In this document: positions 1 through 8,445 of the stretch, piece after piece | Numbering within the stretch: the first letter of the stretch is position 1 | Layout of the letters: every line of letters begins with the position of its first letter | Source: Andalucia godoyi And28 | Lineage: Eukaryota > Protista > Jakobida | Length of the DNA stretch: 64,000 bases | Reading direction: 5' to 3' | NCBI GenBank assembly: GCA_009859145.1 | Contig: VRVR01000052.1 | Coordinates: 124,001-188,000, forward strand | Notes under the pieces: model-generated | Seen by the model: the letters and a program-made list of their open reading frames with translations, nothing else | Databases searched by the model: none | What the model was told of the DNA's origin: nothing | Made by a program: the position numbers and the translations under genes

Positions 1-2
1 AG

Positions 3-71
3 GAAATGAAGCGGCTGGACGGCCTGCACAATGATACGCGGTATTGCTGGGACCCGACGTCTGTTGCCTAA
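3..71 (+). CDS. 3' end of a gene truncated by the window edge, possibly an aldo-keto reductase
   Basis: Frame 3 reads EMKRLDGLHNDTRYCWDPTSVA-stop (TAA 69-71), resembling the AKR C-terminus (E.M..LD.L....R..WDP). Only 22 aa are visible. Confidence 0.4.
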   Translation, partial: EMKRLDGLHNDTRYCWDPTSVA

Positions 72-147
72 ATGGACAACAGTGGAAGCAGTGGTAGCCT
101 GTCAGTTGACTGCCTGTAGGTGTTTTCGCTGTTCCCCGATTTTGGGA

Positions 148-3100
148 TCACACACGCCCAACCATGATTTCCCGTTCAGAGTCAGTCGAAACTTTCACGG
201 TCAAAACTGTAAAGTTAGCATCCGCACTATTCTTGGATGGTTCTCCGAATTTTTCAGAGATGAAAAGCTTCATCGTATAGGGATCCGCAGCATTGTAGGT
301 ATCTTCCATGAGCACAAATACATCTGCCAGTCGAACAGGAACAGGCAGCGGAAAACGCGAAATATGCTTTCCAGACTTGACGGAAAAAACGTCCACTTCC
401 GAAGCAACGGCGGATGAAGTGGAAAAGAATATGCAGAACAAGATCAAGTCGCCTCCAGGAAGCATTCGAGAAACGACAAACTTGCACGTCGATTCTGCAG
501 TGCAATCGTACTGAAGGAAAATCGGAGAGGAAGACAGGGAGACGTCACCTCTGACAATGTCCAGGCTGAGGGTTGCAAATGTCATCTGAGGAAGCTTGGG
601 TGTCCGATAAGGATCATACAAAAGACAAACAAGGGAATCCTTCTCAGGATTCAGCGCCACCGACAGCAGCATAGACTTGAGTTTGTACGAGGACGCCGAG
701 CAAGATTCATGCAGCTGAATTCTGCACTCGTCGGGTCCTTGCGAAACACAGTGGATGCGATGCGCTTTCCTTCCGTCATGCGAAACGAACAACTTGGAAC
801 CGTCTGCACCACGCGCATACGGTTTGGACACATCAATATTGAACTCATTCAAGAGTTGTGATTTCGACCGAGAGGTCTTCTTCTTTTCCAGTACTGCAGC
901 ATCTCGCCGACGAGCAATGCCATTCGATGGTGACGGCTCTGAAGTATCCGAACCTACCGCGGTGAACACAGCCTGGCTGCTAATTTCATATTCGTCACGA
1001 TCCAGCAGCAAGCGGAAGCGCTTTTCCGTCTGGAACCACCCAAACGTACTCAATGAATCCCTGTCATACTGCCAGAGATTGATGTGGCCGCGCTGATCCA
1101 CCGAAACCATCCACGAAGAAAAGGAAACTGAATCCACAAGCAGGACTCCCGATCTGTGACCACGAAACCGCTCTAGTGACAACGACATCGGCGAATCAGT
1201 AACGGATGACCGTATGTTGGATGACGGCAGCGAAACAGGAAAAACGGCCTTCTCAGATGGCGGCTTTCCGCAAAGAATAAACCGCGACGGAAACCAATTC
1301 AGCTTCAGAAACGTTCCATTCGAGAGGCCGACAAGAAATGCCGCAGGAGTGAACAGCATTGTGAATGATGCATGAAATGCACCTAAAGTAAAATGAATCA
1401 ACGCATCTTCGGAATTCCTTTTCTTCTTGAGCGACTTTCGGGTTTGCGGATCCCTGTCTTCGAGATCCAGCGTTGAACGAAAATCCCGCTCTTCGCCATC
1501 GGAATCGACATCTCGGTAGCCAAAATATCCTTGGTACACCGGCTGCATTGTCAAGCACGGAGGCTCGGAGGCTTTCCTGCCCGCTTGGATCTCTGACGAT
1601 TCCGGGTCGTCTTCGCCCATCCGCGATTCGGACGACTTTGAGCTCGTATCCAGCAACAAGACCCGATGAATCATGTGAGCCGTATCAATAACAACAAGCG
1701 ATACTCCGTCAAAAGACCATACGATACTTCTCGGGACGGAACCTTTGGCAAGTTTGCAGGAAAACAAACGTGGAGCTCCAGGCAAAAACAGGTCCTGAAT
1801 GTGAAGAAAGCCGTCCAGAGTTCCCACGGCAAGAAAGCGTTGGCGGGAACTCTGTCCACAGCAGGGGGATAACGCGACCGCGCACGGGTCTCTGCACTCT
1901 GCAAACGTCAAGAGAGTCTTGGACGTCAGCACCACCGTCGAAGCATACGTTATTCTCGAAGCCGGCTCGGGCACTTGTGCTGTGTAGTTAATGAGTCTGG
2001 AATTGTTGTCATCCAGAAATGACAGGTCCTTCAGATCAACCAGCGGATCCCGCTTATCTCCCGCGGCGAAAGCGTCTTGCAGTTTTCGAACAAAAGGATG
2101 TCCAAAATATCTGAGCCCTTTGAGCTCCGAGTTTCCGCGATCTCTCATCTTTTGGAAATGATGCAGCACAGAAGGAAATAGCACGTCGAGGTCTCCACCT
2201 TCATAGGACTGCACTTTTAACTCCTGGAGCGACACAAAATCAACAGTCTCAGCGAACAGAACATTCGCTGCACACTTCTTGATGAACTTTTGTTGGTCGT
2301 GCTCAGCAGAAAGGACGCTGGCGACCAAAGACTTGAAGTAAACCTTGAACACCAGCATGTCGGTCAGATACGAGAAAACCCGGGTACGCAGCGTCGCTTC
2401 TGCTTTTTGTGTGATTTCCAGGTCCCGTTCATTCCAAAGAGCTTCATCGTGCTGATGAACAACATCAGAGGGAATGTAGTCCTGAGGAATGATGATTCCC
2501 ATATCGATGGAAATCGTCGACAGAGACTGCCCAGTTGCATATCGGGAAGTCAGGCAATGCCACTGCTCCGTTGTCAACTGACTGACAAACATCCTGTCCA
2601 GAACCGACGACACAAATTGCTGGCAGAAGTCGGAAACAGGAACGGGTAGTCGCGAAAGCGCATGATGAAGAGACGCAGACGCATCCTCCGTTGATCTGGA
2701 TGCCTCTAACACCGTGGGGAGGTTGCTGGGAAGCCGAGGAGGACTGCTTGCAGTCTCCCAGTCGTCCCCGAATTCTTGCCGAAGCAATGAGTCCGTCCCT
2801 TGCTGCAGGAGTTCTAGTTGTTTGGATTTTCTTCTGCGCAGATCCGCCTCGGTTTCAAAAAGCGCCCGGCGCTGGCTGTTCAGTTCCTTCATCTGCGAAG
2901 CAACTCTTCTCTGCTCCTCCTCCAGATCTTGCTTGATTTTCCTCATTCTGTCGTCCTGGATGGTATAGCGCACTCCATACTCAGAATCCTTGTCCACAGC
3001 GGAGCATTCGCTGGTGATGTAGCTCGCATCTTCCATGTGAGCAATCTTTTCCGCAGTCGCTAACAACTTATCCCGCTGCTTTCGTCGTTCATCATCAATC

Positions 3101-3498
3101 CCAAGAATAGCCTGGATTTGGCCTTCTCTTTGGTTGATCATCTTTTCCAGAGTCTTTCTGTTTTCCTTCATCTGCTTCAACATGATGCGCTGCATGACGA
3201 GCGTTTCCACCTCCAATTCTTGGTCCGTGGACTTCATCTGCTGCTCCACAGATCGGCTGTTGGACTCCAGACTTCTCAGCTCTTGTTTCATTTTGTATAC
3301 TTCATCAAACAACATACGACGGGAACGACGTTCTTCGTCAGCCTGTTTGCCCAGCTCGTCGAGACGAGCCACCAACGAGGAATGTTCTGCAGACATGCTC
3401 GTGCTTCTCAGCGAGCGGACTTTTTCCTTCTCTGCATCCAACTCCCGCTGCCTCCTCTCCACGGCTGCTTCGTACTCGGCAAGATTAGTGCTCTCCAT
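148..3498 (-). CDS. Large hypothetical protein, N-terminal coiled coil plus C-terminal WD40/beta-propeller-like region
   Basis: 1130-aa ORF, first ATG at 3498 (MESTNL). E/K/R/Q-rich heptads in the N-half; beta-repeat segments such as LAVGTLDGFLHIQDL, IVWSFDG, MVSVDQRGHINLWQY in the C-half. Confidence 0.75.
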   Translation of the reverse strand: MESTNLAEYEAAVERRQRELDAEKEKVRSLRSTSMSAEHSSLVARLDELGKQADEERRSRRMLFDEVYKMKQELRSLESNSRSVEQQMKSTDQELEVETLVMQRIMLKQMKENRKTLEKMINQREGQIQAILGIDDERRKQRDKLLATAEKIAHMEDASYITSECSAVDKDSEYGVRYTIQDDRMRKIKQDLEEEQRRVASQMKELNSQRRALFETEADLRRRKSKQLELLQQGTDSLLRQEFGDDWETASSPPRLPSNLPTVLEASRSTEDASASLHHALSRLPVPVSDFCQQFVSSVLDRMFVSQLTTEQWHCLTSRYATGQSLSTISIDMGIIIPQDYIPSDVVHQHDEALWNERDLEITQKAEATLRTRVFSYLTDMLVFKVYFKSLVASVLSAEHDQQKFIKKCAANVLFAETVDFVSLQELKVQSYEGGDLDVLFPSVLHHFQKMRDRGNSELKGLRYFGHPFVRKLQDAFAAGDKRDPLVDLKDLSFLDDNNSRLINYTAQVPEPASRITYASTVVLTSKTLLTFAECRDPCAVALSPCCGQSSRQRFLAVGTLDGFLHIQDLFLPGAPRLFSCKLAKGSVPRSIVWSFDGVSLVVIDTAHMIHRVLLLDTSSKSSESRMGEDDPESSEIQAGRKASEPPCLTMQPVYQGYFGYRDVDSDGEERDFRSTLDLEDRDPQTRKSLKKKRNSEDALIHFTLGAFHASFTMLFTPAAFLVGLSNGTFLKLNWFPSRFILCGKPPSEKAVFPVSLPSSNIRSSVTDSPMSLSLERFRGHRSGVLLVDSVSFSSWMVSVDQRGHINLWQYDRDSLSTFGWFQTEKRFRLLLDRDEYEISSQAVFTAVGSDTSEPSPSNGIARRRDAAVLEKKKTSRSKSQLLNEFNIDVSKPYARGADGSKLFVSHDGRKAHRIHCVSQGPDECRIQLHESCSASSYKLKSMLLSVALNPEKDSLVCLLYDPYRTPKLPQMTFATLSLDIVRGDVSLSSSPIFLQYDCTAESTCKFVVSRMLPGGDLILFCIFFSTSSAVASEVDVFSVKSGKHISRFPLPVPVRLADVFVLMEDTYNAADPYTMKLFISEKFGEPSKNSADANFTVLTVKVSTDSEREIMVGRV

Positions 3499-4036
3499 CG
3501 AAACAGATTTCCGTGCTACTGACAACCGGAAATCACACACGGGTGGCTACGGACAGCTGACTGAGCTGAGTTAGTTTTGTGTTTGTATTCTTTTGTTTTG
3601 TTTTTTTTGTTTTGTTTTTTTTTGTTGGTTTGGTTGTTTTCTTTTTGGTTTCACCCAAGCCCCGACACGTTCTCTCATTTCTCCTGCTTTCCTGCACTCT
3701 GCCGCCGTCCAGTGGTGTCGTTTGCGCTTTCAGCTTTTTCCCCAACAGCGGTGACTCGCGTGACTCAAACCCGCAAGATTATTATTTTGCCTTTTTTTTC
3801 ATTTGAAACAACAAAGGGAGCCTTTCCGCAACCGAAACTCGACTCTGCAGAGTCGAAGCTGCACTGCAGGACCAATCGCAATTCAGACCTGAAGAAACCA
3901 GGCAGAACCACTTTTTTTTTTTTTTGCGTGCCTGCGTGCAATCAACGAGCCAAGTGCAAACGGGCATACTCGCAAGCTCTAGGGAGTGACTCGTGAGTAA
4001 GCGCGCGTCGACGACCACCCAGAAAAACATCTCAGC

Positions 4037-5269
4037 ATGCCGGAATGCGTAGAAGAATCCGAAGCCCCGGGGCGGGTTACAACTCAACGGATCTCGGACC
4101 TTCTGTTTCGAGACGGACCAGTGCCCATGTTTGGAGCCGACTGCATTCCAATGGAGATTCGGCAATGGATTGCACGGGAGTCTGCGGACGTACGCAGCAG
4201 CGCGACTCTTGCAAATCTCCAGCACATCAAGCCGCCATACTCCAAGCAGATCTTGATTTCGTACAAAGACGATCTAGTTTCTCTTTCTTACCAAGTCAAC
4301 GTCAACCCTGATCACGAAATCTCGATCATTCTGATGGGCTGCCAACTGATTCGTGACAAAACCGGCGGATTTCCAGTGAACTGCTTCGGTATGCTACGTG
4401 CTGGCATGGATCGTACAGAGGTTGAATGCGCTTTGGGAATTTCTCGCGGAGACCTGGCCACAGTAAAGGTTGTTGGTGGCAAAGAATCATGGAACGCGGG
4501 GATTGAATTCGGAGGCCCCGTTGGGTTCTTCGCCATGGAAGTGGATCTTGAAAAGCTGGAGCACCCTGTTGCATCTTCAATGTCTGACAGACGGATGGTG
4601 CTCACTTGCAGGTTTGACAAACCCGAGCCAGCAGAGAAACTCGATGTGATCGTCCTTCATCGCAAAGCATCGACGTTTCTGCCCGATCCGTTTCCGTTTC
4701 CGCCTCTGTATGCCACAGCAATTCGACACACTTGGCCGGCAACCATGATACCATTTGTGGATATCCATGTTGTTTCCTATGGCGGAAACGACTGGATCAT
4801 GACCCACGGACTCTGCCGATATCCGCTTCCGGAAATCTCAGACATTCCGCAGTACACTCCTTTCGCGGAACTCGTGTTCTTCGTGAAGAATTTTGAGACA
4901 AAACAGCATCATCTGGATGTAGTTCGCGAGGCAGTACTGAATATTGTGTTTTCGAGACCTGTTATTGACGTTGGCGCAGTGATTCCGAATCCCTCCAAAA
5001 CACCTCTCGTACCCGGAACAGATCTCTGCCACCTGTTGTTTCTCGCTGCCCCAGTGTCCCCTCCGTGGACCGTCGCCTTGCAAGATCGTCCTGTCAAACT
5101 GTTGTGGGTGACCCCAATCACGACTCCCGAGCTGCTGTTGGTTTATTCTCCCGGTGGCTTCGATCAACTGATGGAATTGTTTGACAAGCACGAGCATAGC
5201 CCGCTGTTCGATGCCGCCAGACCGTTGAATAATGACACGTCATTGTCATGCATGCGGAAGTATACATAA
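4037..5269 (+). CDS. Suppressor-of-fused (SUFU)-domain protein, bacterial type, with an unknown N-terminal domain
   Basis: 410-aa ATG ORF. C-terminal motifs IMTHGL, FAELVFFV, VKLLWVTPITTPEL and QLMELF...PLFDAARP match the SUFU domain pattern as recalled. Confidence 0.7.
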   Translation: MPECVEESEAPGRVTTQRISDLLFRDGPVPMFGADCIPMEIRQWIARESADVRSSATLANLQHIKPPYSKQILISYKDDLVSLSYQVNVNPDHEISIILMGCQLIRDKTGGFPVNCFGMLRAGMDRTEVECALGISRGDLATVKVVGGKESWNAGIEFGGPVGFFAMEVDLEKLEHPVASSMSDRRMVLTCRFDKPEPAEKLDVIVLHRKASTFLPDPFPFPPLYATAIRHTWPATMIPFVDIHVVSYGGNDWIMTHGLCRYPLPEISDIPQYTPFAELVFFVKNFETKQHHLDVVREAVLNIVFSRPVIDVGAVIPNPSKTPLVPGTDLCHLLFLAAPVSPPWTVALQDRPVKLLWVTPITTPELLLVYSPGGFDQLMELFDKHEHSPLFDAARPLNNDTSLSCMRKYT

Positions 5270-5424
5270 ACAGACACGGTCAATACTGGCCGACACACTA
5301 GCACGTTTTGTTTCACAGGAATTCGTGCTTACGCACGCTCGGCCAAAATTCAGCCGGTGGCACAGGCCCTGCATTTTCGACACTCTTTAACGCAACATCC
5401 GTAGCCATCTATTCTATCATTCGT

Positions 5425-5670
5425 TGGTTTTCACTTTTTTGCAGCGTTTGTTCCATAAGGCGACCGAGTATCGCGAGCGGCGCAAGCAAAGTGTTTGCAT
5501 GTCCCGCGTGCAGCTCACCGATTGATCGAGATTGGGAACGGAGCGCGGAGCATTTATCTGAAGAACGCCGTGAGGCGTGTTGGGGGGCCTATCCCCTTCC
5601 CGGCAGCGGAATGCAAGACTGAATATGCATGTCTATTCGTAGTTATGCATGTTCACTGTATAATGTAGGC
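5425..5670 (+). mobile_element. Decayed 3' part of a Fanzor/TnpB element (relic A), including the right end
   Basis: Frameshifted fragments W..H-F, QRLFHKATEY (5442-5471), SKVFACPACSSPIDRDW, then after a 1-nt insertion NGARSIYLKN (5537-5566), i.e. zinc-finger second half plus RuvC-III. The terminal 38 nt match relic B (34/38 aligned identities plus a 2-nt indel). Confidence 0.85.
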
Positions 5671-5690
5671 ATTGTACGTTCCACACATTC
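5570..5690 (+). ncRNA. Predicted Fanzor omegaRNA scaffold 3' region plus about 20-nt flank-derived guide
   Basis: 15-bp hairpin 5621-5654 (12 WC, 2 GU, 1 mismatch) capped by UUCG; G-rich/C-rich stem at about 5582-5597; position between Fanzor C-terminus and element end. The 5' boundary and expression are unknown. Confidence 0.5.
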
Positions 5691-5963
5691 AAAAAACAGG
5701 TTTTAATTTTTTATAAAATGCCTACCGTGGAAGCCGCCGCTGTAGTCGTCTTGGTTGAGCCGCATGAGTCAAAGTTTTAAAGGCGTTCAAGTTTCGGAAG
5801 ACGCATTCAAGTGTTCCCCCAATTTTTTCCAAGCTTTTTCGTATTTTTATTATTATTTTTTCATCTTTTTTGTTTATTGACATTTTCCGTTTTTGTTTGT
5901 GTTTATTTTCGTTTTTCTTTCTTTCGCTCAATAATCCGTCCAGTGACGACAGTGCTGTATGCG

Positions 5964-7277
5964 ATGATCTCTGTTGTTGTGGCGTTGCCGACTGACGACA
6001 TTGTTTCAGTGGACGTCGATGAAGATGAGACTGTGGAAAATCTGAAGGCGCTCGTTGAGGTTCAAACCCAGATCCCGCTGGCGCACCAAAGGCTGTTCTA
6101 CTCGGGGAGAGAGCTTGCGAACACTGCGGTCCTTCGGTCCATCGGCATTGTTTCGCAAGATGTTTTGCAGTTGCTGGTTGCTGCTGCTGCTGCTGCTCCC
6201 GGTACCTCAGTCTCTTCCGCCACCAGTGCGTCAGCGCAGGGAGTTCCCAGCGCACAGCAGCTTGCGGAGCTAGCCATGTCAAATCCTGCGGAGCTGGAGA
6301 GGCTCATGGCAACAAATCCCGCAGTTTCTCAATTTGTACAGAATCTTATGGCGAATCGAGGTGCTCCAGACCCCTTTGAGGCAGAACTTGCGCGCCTTGA
6401 TCCGATGAGCGAAGCGTACCAAAGGAAACTGGAACAATCGATTTCTCAAAAGAACATTGAGGAAAATCTGGCATATGCAATGGAACATAATCCTGAGTCC
6501 TTTGCATCTGTCTTCATGCTGTACGTCGATTGCCATGTGAACGGGGTGAATCTCAAGGCGTTTGTCGACAGCGGTGCACAGACGACGATCATGAGTCTCC
6601 AGTGCGCAGAGAGGTGTAATATTTCGCGGCTCATTGATAGAAGATTCCGGGGTATCGCCATGGGGGTTGGGCAGACTGCAATCATTGGAAGGATCCATGC
6701 CGTCCCCGCGAAGTTTGGCAACACTTTCTACAGTCTAAGTGTCACCGTTCTTGACAGCGATAATATGGAATTCTTGCTCGGACTTGACATGTTGAGGAAA
6801 TTGCAGGCCACCATGCATCTTGGACCGGACAACTGTTTGCAACTGGGTCCAGATAATCGACTTCCATTCCTTAGCGAAGGGGAAGTTCCGAAAACACTCC
6901 GAACGGGAACTGCTGCTGGGGATGCTGCTTCTGTTTCGCCAACTGTTTCTGGGCCTTCCTCTCGACAAGGGCCTGCGAACGGCCCCGGGTCCCATCCAAC
7001 GCCTTTCAGCGGCCAGGGTCGAACACTTGGTTCTGGAAGTACACCAGCACATGCTCCATCTTCGTCTCCTGCCGCTGCCACTGTTGCTGCGACTCCGACT
7101 CCTGTCTCTGGTTCATCGCAGTGTCGACCGTCGCCGGCTGTTGCAGCTGCATTTCCCGAGGAGGCTGTGAGGACTCTGATGGACATGGGTTTTCAAAGAG
7201 AAGCCGTCATAAAGGCTTTGTCTCGGGCACGAGGCAATGTCGACGTCGCTGCGAATATCCTAGTTTTTGGAGAGTAG
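5964..7277 (+). CDS. DDI1: DNA damage-inducible protein 1 (UBL, retroviral-like aspartyl protease, UBA)
   Basis: N-terminal UBL (TVENLKALVE...QRLFYSGREL), protease motif AFVDSGAQTTIMS, C-terminal UBA (LMDMGF...AL...GNVDVAANIL). First ATG at 5964. Confidence 0.95.
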   Translation: MISVVVALPTDDIVSVDVDEDETVENLKALVEVQTQIPLAHQRLFYSGRELANTAVLRSIGIVSQDVLQLLVAAAAAAPGTSVSSATSASAQGVPSAQQLAELAMSNPAELERLMATNPAVSQFVQNLMANRGAPDPFEAELARLDPMSEAYQRKLEQSISQKNIEENLAYAMEHNPESFASVFMLYVDCHVNGVNLKAFVDSGAQTTIMSLQCAERCNISRLIDRRFRGIAMGVGQTAIIGRIHAVPAKFGNTFYSLSVTVLDSDNMEFLLGLDMLRKLQATMHLGPDNCLQLGPDNRLPFLSEGEVPKTLRTGTAAGDAASVSPTVSGPSSRQGPANGPGSHPTPFSGQGRTLGSGSTPAHAPSSSPAAATVAATPTPVSGSSQCRPSPAVAAAFPEEAVRTLMDMGFQREAVIKALSRARGNVDVAANILVFGE

Positions 7278-7327
7278 GATAGCGCTTGTTTTGTAAATTC
7301 CAAGATATCCCTTTTCTTCCCGATTTT

Positions 7328-7879
7328 TTACAATGATATGGCAGACGAAGAGATGTGATGAAACACATCAGAGTGCTCGGACACGGCGGCATCAAGATAT
7401 CGTGCGGTGGCGTTCCCTTCAACATCGTGCATATCCACGCGCACACTGGTTCTCTGGCTTGCAGCCGGTTCCTTTCCAATGTCCGTTTGCCAGTACGAGA
7501 AAGCTTCTACGCGAGACACCCCAGGCTTCAGCAACGACCGCCGACTCTCGGGCGGCACTGCTCCGATGCGATTCACGATGACTGCAATGTGCTCGGCCGT
7601 CAAGAACGTCTCCTTCCTTAGCGAGCTTGCAAGATCCTCCATGGAGGTGTCTCTTTCGAACAAGTAAAACGCAAAGCTGAGAAGCTCTTTGTAGGTCTGG
7701 TAAGACTGCACTTCTTGGTGTCTTCGTCGAAAACGCGAGAACGAGTCGACACACGGAGCACTGCGACTCACAACAGACGACACAGTCTTGAAGACATCGT
7801 CGACAGTCTCCACAGAGAGCATCGCCATCGCATCTGCACCCAGAACACCGGGAAAAGGATACCCCGTCGCAGAAGACAT
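7328..7879 (-). CDS. Hypothetical protein, possibly COMM-domain (COMMD)-like
   Basis: Part of a 280-aa ORF; from ATG 7879 it is 183 aa, typical COMMD size. Helical N-part (LLSFAFYLFE...EDLASSL) and VEAFSYWQTDIG, resembling the COMM L.D..W..D motif. Start codon uncertain. Confidence 0.4.
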   Translation of the reverse strand: MSSATGYPFPGVLGADAMAMLSVETVDDVFKTVSSVVSRSAPCVDSFSRFRRRHQEVQSYQTYKELLSFAFYLFERDTSMEDLASSLRKETFLTAEHIAVIVNRIGAVPPESRRSLLKPGVSRVEAFSYWQTDIGKEPAASQRTSVRVDMHDVEGNATARYLDAAVSEHSDVFHHISSSAISL

Positions 7880-8154
7880 GGTGTTGAACGCTTTTACTCG
7901 CAGGAAAATCGTTCTGTCCGCACGGCCCATGGGCATGGACTGAAGCAGGAGAAGAAGAAGACGATTGGAGAACATCGATTCGGTGACGCCTGTCTTTTTT
8001 TTCAAGAACCCCTCGCCTGTTGTCGCCATGCGTCGACTTCGCAGAGAAGCGTTCCTCGGGGTGCTTTTCGGGTAGTTCTGATGACTTGCTTGGCCTTGTT
8101 GTCGCCGACGGAAGAAAGAAGAACAGGAATCGGTAGCATCGGATACGTAATCGA

Positions 8155-8445
8155 ATGGCCAGCGACACACAGTATGAGGAATCCTTTCGACGGATTTGCC
8201 AGTCGTCTACTGAAGCGGCATCCGTGCTCTTCACGCCAACGATGTCCCACGTCCGCGAAGCTGAAAATCTCTGTGTATCAGACGACTTTCGGTTGCCGTC
8301 GGACGTTAGTCAGGTGGTCAAGGAGTACGTGTCAAATGGATGGCCGTTTCTGGAACAGGATCGACGAATAAGCACCTTGGAAATGAAGCTGAAAAGCCTG
8401 GCTTCTCGAATATGCGCTTTGAAAAAATCCGCAGGACACTCCTAA
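8155..8445 (+). CDS. Small hypothetical protein with C-terminal coiled coil
   Basis: 96-aa ATG ORF with protein-like composition (RISTLEMKLKSLASRI), divergent from the preceding gene. Confidence 0.35.
   Translation: MASDTQYEESFRRICQSSTEAASVLFTPTMSHVREAENLCVSDDFRLPSDVSQVVKEYVSNGWPFLEQDRRISTLEMKLKSLASRICALKKSAGHS

Noticed and set aside
5671-5690. Predicted guide A matching ATTGTACGT at the 46390 splice donor
   Set aside because: Only a 9-nt match, expected by chance.
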